DNA from: Octopus vulgaris
Lineage: Eukaryota
NCBI GenBank assembly: GCA_951406725.2
Contig: OX597815.1
Location: forward strand, 127,038,001-127,102,000
Direction of reading: 5' to 3'
Length of the DNA stretch: 64,000 nucleotides
Shown piece by piece: positions 1 to 13,949 of this stretch (positions are counted from its first letter, which is position 1; each line of letters begins with the position of its first letter). The position numbers were made by a program, and so were the translations under genes. The notes below the pieces were generated by a model, which saw nothing but the letters and a program-made list of their open reading frames with translations, did not search any database and was not told the DNA's origin.

Positions 1-111
1 CCTGGTACTTATTGTATCAGCCACTTTCGCCGAAACCTCTAAGCTATGAAGACGTAAACACACCAACACTGCTTGTCAAGCAGTGGAGTGGAAACAAATT
101 CAGACACAAAG

Positions 112-149
<38 letters not shown>

Positions 150-310
150 GACAGGCTTCTTTCAGTTTCCATCTACAAAATCCACTTACAAGGCTTTGGT
201 CAACCTGAGGCTATAGTAGAAGACACTTGCTCAAGGTGTCACACAGTGAGACTGAACCTGAAACCAAGTGGCTGGGAAGCAAACATCTTACAACACTGCT
301 GCTATGCCTG
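1..310 (-). mobile_element. tRNA-derived SINE family B with internal (CA/TA) microsatellite (pieces also at about 4975-5135, 5485-5690, 7270-7520, 13285-13450, 46995-47290, 47710-47785, 54110-54250)
   Basis: Head TGGCTGTGTGGTAAG...GGTTCAGTCCCACTG, body CAAGTGTCTTCTACTATAGCCTC...GGAAACTGAAAGAAGCC, repeated many times in the window. Confidence 0.8.
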
Positions 311-335
311 TATATATATATATATATATATATAG

Positions 336-378
<43 letters not shown>

Positions 379-1566
379 TTGACGTCACTATTTATAACTT
401 CATTTGTATTAGAGCAACATCTTAAAAAGACTTATTTTCAAATTTCTCAACATTTCAAATGAAGCAAGACATATTTACACACATATATCAATCTATCTGA
501 CTGTCTATCTACCTATACATGCATGCACGCATACATCCATGCATATATACATACATGTATGCATATGTGTGCCTGCATGCACGTGTGTTTGTGCATGTGT
601 TTGTGTATACATGTGTTTGTACATGTGTGTGTATGTGTATATCCATGAGTGAATATCTTTGTGTTTGAGTTTGTCCCCTACCACTGTTTGACAACCACTG
701 CTGGTTTGTTTATATTCCCGTGACTTAGTACTTCAGCAAAAGAGGCTGATGGAATACACACACACTTGGGATTAGATTTGGTTGATGGAAACTGAAAGAA
801 GCTTGTCATATATATATATATATATATATATATAGGGCTGTATATGAGTATATGTGTGTTAAATATGGATATGTATGTTGTACATAAATAGATATATACC
901 CATAACCCCACCACATACACACATATACACTCACATACATAAATACTTACATTAATATATATATATATAAGTGCATGTGTGTGTGTGTTTGTAGGTATGT
1001 GTGTGCATGCATATATGTGTTTATATGTATGTGTAGAAAACACATGTAGAAAAATGCAAACATATATGTATTCATAACAAGCCTTAAACAGACTCAGATT
1101 AGACTTAGTAGTTTGATGTATAACCAGTACTGACTGCAGATAACTACTATCTCCAGTGTATGAAGTAAGTAGATATACACACATGGATCAATTTAAAAGA
1201 ACAGTGTGGAGTTAATCACTTCTAACAGGCAATACACAAATATATCTCATGCACTCTATTGTTTCAACCAGAAAAATAATAAATAATATAAGCTATATAT
1301 ATATGTGTGTGTGTGCTTGTGTGTATGTACATGTGTGTGTATATGTGTATGAATGTAATTTATTGGTAATTTTGTCTAGTCTATCTATCTAGTTACCTAT
1401 CTAGTCATCTACTATCTGTTCATCTGTCTATTTGTCTGTCTGTCTGTCTGTCCGTCTATCTATCCAGCTGTCTATTTATCTGTCTGTGTGTGTGTATGTG
1501 TGTGTCTGTTTGTCTGCCTGCCTGCCCGTCCATCCATCTGTCCATCTCTCTCTCTCTCTACATATA

Positions 1567-1657
<91 letters not shown>

Positions 1658-2449
1658 ATACACATCTATGAAATTGTGTTGCAAGACACCTGATGTGAAA
1701 TTGTGTGTTGAAACAGATATTGTATTTTGTGACGGTCATTTGTTTTATTTTACCCAAGAAACATGCACACTATATATTCATTCTTCACTCATTTATTACT
1801 GTTCTTATTCTAACTCATGTCCATTGTCTAGAAATCTTTCATCACACATCTGTGACCTCTTCAGCGACACTTTCTTTCTTCGCGCATGCTCTTCCTCCAC
1901 TTATTTCATTCTGTTCTTCTATGATATGTATTCTTATTTGTGTATGCATTTGCACCTGTGTTAGTGTGTGTGTGCGTGTGTATGTGTGTATGTGTGTGTA
2001 TGTGTGTGTGTATGTGTGTATGCATGTGTGTATGTATGTGTTATTGTTCTTAGAAGCACTATGACCTTCCCCTCAGCTCTATCCCCTCCTCCGTTGTTGC
2101 TGCTGCTGTCGTAGGACCTGAAATTTGGTACAGTTCCTGCATCTCTCTGTGTTTGTGTGTTCACCCACATTGCTGCAATCGTGATAGTTATTGTTGTTGT
2201 TGCTGTTAATGCCATTGTTATCACTGCTGCTGCTGCTATCATTGTTAGTCATGTTGTTAATACTGTTGTGGCCATCTGTGAAGTTACTGTGTGTGTATTT
2301 GTGAGTGTATATGGATTCACTTCCTATGTTGTTTGTAACCATGCCCTTCATATAAATTTATTTATTTATTTTTTATCTGTCTCTGTTTCTTATATCATTA
2401 TCTATTTATTCATTTATATTTTTCATTTATCTATCTTTATTTCTTATAT

Positions 2450-2960
2450 TTATTACAGGTATGTGCATATATCTCTTGTGTGTGTATTACCCGTTTTGTA
2501 CCTGTGTTTTATTTTTTCCTTTCTCTTCTCCTCCCTTCTGCTTTTAGTTGTCATGTTGTGTGGATTGGTGGTGGGTGTTATTGTTCCTTTCATGTTTCTA
2601 ATAAGGCTCGGTCTATCTATTACTATGTGTGAAGCCTCTGTGATCTGTCTAAATGTTGTGTCAATTCTATGCATCGATAATACCTTAACTTCTATGCTAT
2701 TAATTAATCCCCTATGTTCTGCTTGAGCATGTTGGTAGAATACCAACGAGCCTTTCTCTTCTTTGAGCTCTTGCCAGTGTTCACCTATATGCTCCCCTAT
2801 GCTGCATGCAGTCTCTCCAATGTAAGTAGCTGTCATATTTCTGCACAGTCTCTCAGTACATCATAAGCTATACACTATGTTCCTAACATTACAGTTAACC
2901 TGTGGGTTCATCCTACATGCAATACAATTGTATTGTATTATACATACAGACAATGGACAT
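2450..2960 (-). pseudogene. Penelope-like element GIY-YIG endonuclease remnant
   Basis: CNVRNIVYSL*C...ATYIGET...EH...RQITEA...P.L is the GIY-YIG layout of Penelope-like elements. Confidence 0.8.
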
Positions 2961-3457
2961 GAGTTAGAATAAGGTCAGTAACAAATGAGTAAAGAACAAA
3001 TATATAGTGTGTGTGTGTTTATTAGGCAAAAAAAAAGAAACAATGATTGTCCCAAAATACAATATATATATATATATATATGTGTGTGTATATATATATA
3101 TATGTATATTTGTGGTGGCACATAACAAGCATAATTCGAGTGTGGGTTGATGCCAGTGCTGCCTGACTGGCTTCTCGTGCCTGTGGCACATAAAAAGCGC
3201 CATCTGAACATGGTCAATGCCAGTACTGCCTAACTGGCTCCTATGCTGGTATCACATAAGAAGCACCCACTACACTCTTGGAGTGGTTGACATTAAGAAA
3301 GGACATCTAGCTGTAGACACTCTGCCAGATCAGATTGGAGCCTGGTACAACCTACTGGCTTGCCAGTCCTCAGTCAAAGCATCCAGCCCATGCCAGCATG
3401 GAAAGTGAACATTAAATGACAATGAGGATGATGATGATGATGATATAGATATATATT

Positions 3458-4616
<1,159 letters not shown>

Positions 4617-4942
4617 CAATCTATCTGTCTGTCTATCTACTATACATGCATGCACACATACATCCATGCATATATACATACATGTATGCATGTGTGTGCC
4701 TGCATGCACGTGTGTTTGTGCATGTGTTTGTGTATACATGTGTGTGTATGTGTATATCCATGAGTGAATATCTTTGTGTTTGAGTTTGTCCCCTACCACT
4801 TTTGACAACCGCTGCTGGTTTGTTTATATTCCCATGACTTAGTACTTCAGCAAAAGAGGCTGATGGAATAAGTACCAGGCTTTAAAACACAAGTAAAAGA
4901 TAAAAGAAATACTCCACACAAACACACACACGTGCACGCACG

Positions 4943-4974
<32 letters not shown>

Positions 4975-5391
4975 CTACAGTCTTCTTTCAGTTTCCATCT
5001 ACCAAATCCACTCACAAGGCTTTGGTCAGCCCGAGGCTATAGCAGAAGACACTTACCCAAGGTGCCATGCATAGGAACTGAACCTGGAACCACATGGTAG
5101 GGAAGCAAGCTTCTTACCATACAGCCACTCCTGCACAAACATGTTCTTAATTATTCACAGAATATGAGAACAAATTGTCTTAACTTGTAATTTTAAATTT
5201 ATATTTCCTAATTTTTGACTACAAACATTAAAGAATCAGAATGATGGACATACACATTGAAACCAGTAAAGTTTTAGAACAGTCACTTAATTTATCAAAT
5301 ATAAAAATTCTTAACCTGTCCTGTGATAGAAAAAAACAAAAAGAAACTTTAAACATACTACTTCCCTGCTGTTTGCACTTTTACTTTTTAC

Positions 5392-5444
<53 letters not shown>

Positions 5445-5748
5445 TAAAAAGTAAAAGTGGAAACAGTAGGGAAGTAATATATATACTCTTTTACTCTTTT
5501 ACTTGTTTCAGTCATTTGACTGTAGCCATGCTGGAGCACCACCTTTAGTCAAGCAAATCGACCCCAGGACTTATTCTTTGTAAGCCTAGTATTTATTCTA
5601 TCAGTCGTTTTGCCAAACTGCTAAGTTTCAGGGATGTAAACACATCAGCTTCAGTTGTCAAACGATGTTGGGGGGACAAACACTGACGCACAAACATATA
5701 CACACATATACATATATACATATATACATATATACATATAAAAATTAC

Positions 5749-5812
<64 letters not shown>

Positions 5813-5816
<4 letters not shown>

Positions 5817-6596
5817 TGTGCAAGAGAGACAATTGCGCTGGTATGGTCATGTGGCGAGAATGGATGAAGATAGGTGTGTGGAAAAGTGCCAATCCCTAGC
5901 AGTTGAGGGAACCCGTGGAAGAGGTAGACCCAGGAAAACCTGGGACGAGGTGGTGAAGCACGACCTTCGAACTTTAGACCTCACTGAGGAAATGACCAGT
6001 GACCGAGACCTTTGGAAATATGCTGTGCATGAGAAGACCAGGCAGGACAAGTGAATCCAGCCCACTTATGCATGCCTTTCCTCTCTTGGACACACAAAGA
6101 CCTGTTGAGGCAAGCAAAGTCGATATCGGTCCTCATCCGACGACAGGCACCCATGCCCCCCTTTGCTTGCAAAGACCTGTTGGGGCAAGTGAAATCGAAA
6201 TCGAAATCGAAATCGGAATCGAAATTGAACCAATCCTATGACTGGCACCCGGCAGATGCCAGGACCCCTGGACTGGTGGCACGTAAAAAACACCATCCGA
6301 ATCGTGGCCGATGCCAGTGCCACCTCAACTGGCTTCTGTGCCAGTGGCACGTAAAATGCACCAATCCGACCATGGTCGTTGCCAGCCTCGCCTGGCACCT
6401 GTGCAGGTGGCACGTAAAAAGCACCCACTACACTCACGGAGTGGTTGGCGTGAGGAAGGGCATCCAGCAGTAGAAACATTGCCAGATAAGACTGGAGCCT
6501 GGTGCAGCCTTCTGGCTTCCCAGATCCCCGGTCGAACCGTCCAAACCATGCTAGCATGGAGAACAAACATTAAACGATGATGATGATGATGATGAT
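5813..6596 (+). mobile_element. RTE 3' fragment with minisatellite-containing tail
   Basis: GVQERQLRWYGHVARM...RGRGRPRKTWDEVVKHDL; ends in (GAT)n. Confidence 0.88.
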
Positions 6597-7803
6597 ATAT
6601 ACATATCTATATACATATATATACATATATACATATATACATATATACATATATATACATATATACATATATATATATATATTATATATCACTTAATTGT
6701 GTCAAGGCCCCTTAATCCTTTAAGGGATGCTAGCATCCTAGTTCTCCAGTTTATACCAGTGTTCAGTGAAAACTAAATATATTAGATTTGCATTGATATG
6801 TATAAGTATTTAAAACATTTATAAATGAGAAAAGGAAGAAAATGCAGAAATTGACGTGCAGATATCAGTTGATTCAAAGATATTCAAATCCATATGTTAC
6901 TGAGAGCAAGTGTCCTCTATTATAGCCTCAGGCTGATCAAAGCCTTGTGAGTGGATTTGGTAGTTGGAAAGTGAAAGCACCTCATCGTAATGTGTGTGTG
7001 TGTACACTTACACACACACATGCACACAAACACACACACATATTGTCAGTAGTTTGTATATCCAAAAAAGAAGCATGTTCTAAAGTATTAGAGCAATAAT
7101 GTATTTTTAAGAAGTTAAAAGTTATGGCTGGTCATAGAGTAACCATTGGTTTTGCACCTATAAGGCATTTAGAATTGTGGGGGGGTATGAGAGGAGGGGT
7201 GTTTGTCCCCCACCACCTCTTGACACCACCATAAATATATATATATATATATATATATGTATGGTGGAGTGTGTCAGTGTGTGCATGATTTTGTGTCTGT
7301 GTTTTTCTCTTAGCATTGCTTGACAGCCAATGTTGGTGCCTTTATGTCCCCATAACTTAGCAGTTTAAGAAAAGAGACTGATAAAATAAGTACTTAGCTT
7401 AAAAAGGTAAAAGTAGTGGAGGGAGGGTCACTTCTTCAATCAATAAACATTCTTGAAGGTGGTATCCCAGCATGACCGCAGTCTAATGACAGAAACAAGT
7501 AAAAGAGTAAAAGAATGAAAGAATATATTATATATATAAATATATATACATACATACGATATTTGATCAGTAAATATCTGGTCTGTTGCCATAGTAACGA
7601 AGCTAAAGGACACAAAGTGAAGCCACTTGGCAAAGATTAACCTTTAACTCTGCTGTGCATGTGCACTAAGTTTTAATGTTCTAGCTGACTTCTGCTGTTT
7701 ACAGCAGTGTTTGGGAGGAAGGTGTGTAGCATGTGATCATTACATTGACCATGACAGAGAAAGTTACTATGGCAACAGTCTGGATATTTATTGATCAGGC
7801 CAC

Positions 7804-7835
<32 letters not shown>

Positions 7836-7842
<7 letters not shown>

Positions 7843-8026
7843 TAATGGAGGGTACACAAAGTACCAGCTTGCTAGAAAGAAGAACTAAAATACTCAAACA
7901 AGCCACTAAACTCACTGAAACTCACCAAACTTACTGATTTTTCTGTAAGTTTGGTGGCTTGTCTGAGAAATTTAGCTCTTCTTTCTAGCAAACTGGTATT
8001 TTGCGTACCCTCTATTGTAATTATTT
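7836..8026. repeat. Foldback palindrome / MITE-like
   Basis: ~80-bp imperfect inverted arms (GAGGGTAC..TACCAG.TTGCTAGAAAGAAGA / TCTTCTTTCTAGCAAACTGGTA..GTACCCTC). Confidence 0.85.
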
Positions 8027-8127
8027 ATTAATTATAAAATTTTTTTGATTAGCCAATTAATGGCATTATTGCTTGCTGGCCACTAATATTATTGTTATTA
8101 TTATTAATTATTTATATATTTACTGCC

Positions 8128-8164
<37 letters not shown>

Positions 8165-8195
8165 TCAATATGAATATTCATTTGAATATTTACTC

Positions 8196-8245
<50 letters not shown>

Positions 8246-8423
8246 TAATATATATATATCACCTTGATCACCTTGACCAACCAGTCCGTCAGGCATCCAT
8301 TTGACACCGCTGGTCACAGCACGCTGTCCACTCCTCTCTGGATCACGCCTTTCTCATCCACATGACTCCAATCATCCTCTTGAAATCGTAACTCCACCGT
8401 ATATGTATATGTACATACTTACA

Positions 8424-8458
<35 letters not shown>

Positions 8459-8464
8459 TTATGT

Positions 8465-9190
8465 GGGTATAGGATGTCACAAAACGAGTACAGCAAAAAA
8501 ATATGAAGTACAAGTAAATGGAATATGAACTATATTTTTGAACAACAGAAAACACAAGACAAACAACACAAAGAACAATCCTTCATCAGTTTTTGGCTGT
8601 TTTTCTACTCTCATATTTTGAATATTTAACCCTAACCCTAATTTAACAACAATATATGCTTTCGGTAAAACAGCTGCTACCACAAAACAAATTAAGTAAA
8701 ATTTGGGATTTTGCAGAAGAGCAAAATTGGTAACACAAACAGGACAGAGAAAACAAACAGGAAGGGCTGCTAAGCCTAAATGAGGTTGTGGTGGCAAACG
8801 CGTTAATCAAGCTTGAACAGCACACAAACAAGAACACGTCTTCCTTGATTCAGCTACAATGGAGAGAAAGAAAGAAGCACAAGTTAGGAGAAGAAAGATG
8901 GCCGATGGTCACATGGGAGCCACATGAGCAAGAGAAGAAGAGTGAAGGAGAGAGAGAGTGACAGACAGAGAACTGTGAAAGTAGAGGAAAAAATCAGAGA
9001 TAGGATAAGTGAGAAAAAAACAGGAGGGGGAAAAGGGGGGGGTAGAAGAATAAAAAACGAAAGAGTAATAGGATAGTAGATAAAAGAATAAGAGAGAGAA
9101 GAGACAAAAATGAAGGAGTAAAAAGACAGAAGAGTGCGCATCAGAATTATAAAGATAATTTTACTTGGAAGAGGATGCATGGCGCTCAGT
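8465..9190. repeat. Interspersed repeat, related copy at 18290-18895 (possibly Penelope-derived)
   Basis: Shared blocks: AGGAyrTCAC terminus, CTTCATCAGTT, GATGG..GGTCAcrTG, TTACTTGGAA..GGATGCAT. Confidence 0.65.
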
Positions 9191-9221
9191 CATATAATAA
9201 CATATATATATAGAGAGAGAG

Positions 9222-9395
<174 letters not shown>

Positions 9396-9534
9396 ATATA
9401 TGCATACATATATGTGCATACTTACATCTATACATATATATATGCATATGTGGGCACAGGACGTCACGAAATGTGTTCCATGTACTCATACTTAGCATTT
9501 TTTTGTACATGTTTCGTGACATCCTGTGCTCACA

Positions 9535-10807
9535 GTCTGAAGGAAATTAATTGCATTACTTGAAGAGAATGACTTGCTGGCTGACACCCAGCATAGTTTT
9601 TGACCAGGTAGAAGCTGCCTGACACAGCTCTTGCAGCATTACGACTGGGTGCTAAAGCAGCTGCTCAACAACTTAAATGTGAATGTAATATACCTCAACT
9701 TTGCAAAAGCCTTTAACAAAGTCAACCATGGTATGATTTATCACATTCTCCAAAATCTTGGCATATTTGGAAAATTTGGAGAATGGCTACATGACTTTCT
9801 AAAAGATAAAAGTTAGGTAGAGGTGGTCAATGGGGCAATCTCCTAGAAAACACAAATATTGAATGGTGTTCCACAGGGCACTGTCCTGGGGCTACTGCTA
9901 TTCATAGTTGTCCTCTCTGACATGCCCTCAGCTGCTCAAGTAACTACCCTTGCTAGCTATATAGATGATGCAAAAGTCTCTCAAAGGAACTCTGGAGACA
10001 TTGTGCATCTGCAACATGAGTTGGATGCAATATACAAGTGGGCTGAGGAAAATAATATACAGTTTAATGCTGGAAAATTCCAAACCCTTGTGATACCCAC
10101 ACAGGAAGCTCAATGAAAAACAGATAGGATACACTGGTCCAGGAGGAATTCCAATCCCTGAATCAAAATCAATGTGTGACCTGGGTATCAACATGAGTAA
10201 TGATGCATCTTTCCATGTGCATATTACTAAGTTGGCAATAAAATGTAGATGTCTGACTGGGTGGATCCTTTGAACTTTAAAAACAAGAGAGAAGGAAACC
10301 ATGATGGTCCTCTGAAGGACTTTCGTTCTCAGCCATCTGGATTACTGATCCCACCTGTGGTCACTAAACAGTGTAAAATTAACAATGAAACTCAAAACAA
10401 TCCAGCAAAGCTACATGAAGAAGATCAATACAATGCAACTTATCAGCTACTGGGAGAGACTGAAAGATTTAAGACTCTACTCTCTGTAGTGAAGTGGGGA
10501 AAGATGTGCAATAATATACATCTGGAAAATCCTAGAAAAACTTGTTCCAAACTTCAAAGGCTCACAGCTCTTCCATATCCACCCACAAAGCCTCAGAGAC
10601 CTGCATGGTGTGGATGTAGGCTTTTTCGAAACAAAACTAGATCTCCTTCTGTCAAGAGTTATGGATGAAGGCCAGAAACACAAATTAAGGTTGCAACGTC
10701 AAACTCCCTCATCCACCAAGTTGTCACATATCAGAGGAGGTTTATTGAAACTGTAGCAAAGCAAATTGTGGTGCCCCAACATGGCTGTAGTCCTTGGACT
10801 GAAACTT

Positions 10808-10810
<3 letters not shown>
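9535..10810 (+). pseudogene. Degraded CR1-like LINE RT fragment
   Basis: YLNFAKAFNKVNH, GVPQGTVLG, YIDD; multiple stops and frameshifts. Confidence 0.88.
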
Positions 10811-10863
<53 letters not shown>

Positions 10864-10866
<3 letters not shown>

Positions 10867-11222
10867 TGTTGTGTCTGGGGAGAGTCATTTTCTTTTTGTG
10901 CCTTATAATTTAACACACTCACCGGTAAAATTTCCACTTATTTTATAATTTTATTTTCCTAAAATTTTCATTGTGTCTTGCAACCTTTTCAATAGTCATG
11001 ACTCTGTTTGTTGTTTACACTGCATTCCTTTTTGTTTGTTTGTGCACATGTGTGTGAGTCAGTGTGTGTGTGTGTGTGTATGCATGCATGTATGTATGTA
11101 TGTATGTATGTATGTATTCTGCATATTCCTGTGCTTGCATGTCCGTGTTCATGTATTTTTTATGTATGTTTGTGTGTGAGTGTGTGTTTGTATATGTATG
11201 CACCTTTGTCTCCTTCTGTGTG

Positions 11223-11265
<43 letters not shown>

Positions 11266-11820
11266 TCATGTGTTTCAGTTTCCATTTGCGTATGTGTGTT
11301 TGTCTGTTCATATAACCTATGTACCTATCCGTCTGTATGTTGATCTGTTTATTTTCATATCCATATGCTTACATACAAAAAAACATGCGCATACACACAC
11401 ACTCGCACCCACATACATACATCTATCTACATAACAGCCCATTAACTATTCTACTCTACCTGTGTAAACTGTGGGTATGGAGGTATGATATCTACTATGT
11501 ATATTTCCTGTTTAGTATCGGGGAAGTTTCATTGATAAGAACGTACTCCCATATTTGTCTGAGTGTTGGGTCTTTTGGGTGCTTGGATAAGATGCGGCTG
11601 TCAAATTGACCCAAGTTGCCTCCATGGACAGAGTCAAGACTATTGAAAAGGTTGCAAGAAGCAATGAAAATTTCAGGAAAATAAAAATAAGTCAAAATTT
11701 TACTGGTGAGTACGTTAAATTATAAGGCACAAAAAGAAAATTACTCTCCCCAGACACAACAGAATATGCTTTACCACACAAACACACATATAGAATCTTG
11801 CAAACCAAATCCAAAAACGA
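10864..11820 (-). mobile_element. Penelope-like 3' remnant with inverted terminal (pLTR-like) repeats
   Basis: GIY-YIG C-terminus (DPTLRQIWEYVLINETSPILNRK, about 11495-11620) between ~135-bp inverted repeats at about 10866-11004 and 11631-11763. Confidence 0.7.
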
Positions 11821-12239
11821 AATATATATATATATATATATATTAATATATTAATATATATATATGCATGTTTGTATGTATACATATGTATATGCCTGTA
11901 TATGTATGTATATGCACATATATGTATATATATATTATATATTTGTATACAAGAGTGATTCATCAATTATCTGCATTGTACATATTAGTGGAAAAAATTA
12001 TTTGCATATGCATCACCAAATATGATATCTGTCTCTCTCTCTCTAATTATCTATCTCTCTATCTCTATCTATCTATCTCTCTTGTTGCTTCACTACATCT
12101 TTGAGCTTCAAACTTCTTGAAAGGTTGATGTGTTTATTCCATTAATCAAGGCCACTCTGTTTACTCCAGAGAATGGCATTGTTCTGTGATCTATCCTCTG
12201 TAGGCTGGAGATATGTAAAAAAAGAATCCACCAAAGATG

Positions 12240-13150
12240 TTAACTATTATTATAGAAACATTTTTTTGTTGCTACCAGCAGTCAATAAATGGATTTAAAA
12301 ATTCAAAGAGTATCTCACAAGTGTTACATGAGAGGAATGTGTCGGTTATTGACCAGCTTTTGTGTTGACTCTAACATCAAACAAGTCTGTGACATGGTTC
12401 TTTTGAAAAGACTGGTGTTTATTGACAAAGTAGGAAATATTATACAAATTAGTTGAAATTCTTCTTATGAAACCATTCACAACAAACTTGATTCTGGTAA
12501 ACTTTGTGCAAGCTAAACCTCAAAACATTGCACAGAATTTGATGAACAAAACCATTTTCAAACCTGTCAGTGACTTTTGGACCACTATAGTTACAAAAGT
12601 GATGCTTATTTTTTGGAGAGAAAAAGGCTTTCGGTATTAACCTAAAATAAATACACCTCTACAAACTAGAGAATCAATACCAGAGTGTAGAAAAGTAACA
12701 TTCACAATTACCTGTGAAAAAAAAAAAAAAAATTAAACATACAGTAGAAAAAGTTATTCAATCTGCTTTTGAGATTTCAAGGACCAGTACTGAAAGATTA
12801 TCTGATGAGGATTCAATATTGAATAATGTTCATTATAATAAAATGCAGTGTGGCAATCTAAGGCCTGAGTCAATGCATATTCTGTGTACTATTGTTAAAA
12901 GGCATTTGAAAATGAGTTTTGTAGCATGATAATGACAATCCTCACTCACAATGTTTCTTTAGAAACTGAGATATGCCTTGCTCTTTTAAACTATCAAACT
13001 ATCACCTGTTTGCTTCACTAGTTGCAAAGACACCTTAAGACACTTGTGTGTATGATTCATCTCTCGGCCTTAAATTTTGTTTTCTAAAAGCATAAAGAAA
13101 CATACATAAAAATGGACAATGCATGTAGAAAGACTCTTGAAAAATTACTC
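12240..13150 (+). pseudogene. Highly degraded mariner-like transposase remnant
   Basis: IHNKLDSGKLCAS*xP...FQTCQ*LLDHY resembles the mariner KxCARWVP region; HDNxxPH-like sequence at about 12925-12950. Ends are not resolved. Confidence 0.55.
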
Positions 13151-13451
13151 ATATTTTTAGAATCTCCATTGTTGTTGAAATAATTAATTATGAAAAATAA
13201 TTAATGAAATAATATGTATCACTGAATGCTGATATTCTTCAGAACAACCAGCAAGCAGAAGTATGAGGATTAATGTAATCTAACATTTTATTTGTTTCAG
13301 TCATTGGAATGCAGCCTTGTTTGGACACTGTCTAGAAGGGTTTTAGTCAGAAAATGAATCAACCCCAGTATTTATTTTAAGCTTGGAACTTAATCTGTCG
13401 GTCTCTTATGCTGAACTGCTAAGTCATGCTGACATGAACAAAGGAATCCTG

Positions 13452-13486
<35 letters not shown>

Positions 13487-13949
13487 TATATATAGTCAAG
13501 AGATGAGATCCAGAGTTTCTCAGTATAAAAGACACTTTGTAGCACACAAATGATTCAAACTTAGATTCTGATGTCTTTACAGGGGTTAATTTTGTGGGAT
13601 AAAGAATGTCTACAAGAGGGACTAAGTTGATCAACAATAGAGGCAATTATGCAGATAAAAAAATGTATATATTAAATATAGCACCTTGGGTATGAAATAC
13701 AAAATATGTATATATGTATACATGCAAAACAAAAGAAAGCAAAAGGGGAAGACTTTCAGATGATGAATATTTGAGTAGAAATATATAGGTATTTATGTTT
13801 ATACACAAAGTATAAGTGACAGAGAAAATCAAAGGGGAGAAAGTTAGGTGTTATAAGTCCAACAGCTGTTTTTGAGGGCTTGGAGATCCATTTTAATGTT
13901 GGTAGATGTGGTTCATCACAATATGCAAGCCATAATGGAAGCAACTGAC

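Noticed and set aside
1432-2064. Many ORFs rich in YI/CV/HT/LSIY repeats (also about 4400-4800, 9160-9520, 11000-11430, 26690-27040)
   Set aside because: They are translations of (TA)n, (TG)n, (CA)n and (GATA)n microsatellites, not genes.
2157-2726. 189-aa hydrophobic ORF resembling a membrane protein
   Set aside because: Low-complexity (GTT/T-rich) sequence antisense to a Penelope-like remnant; no splice or homology support.
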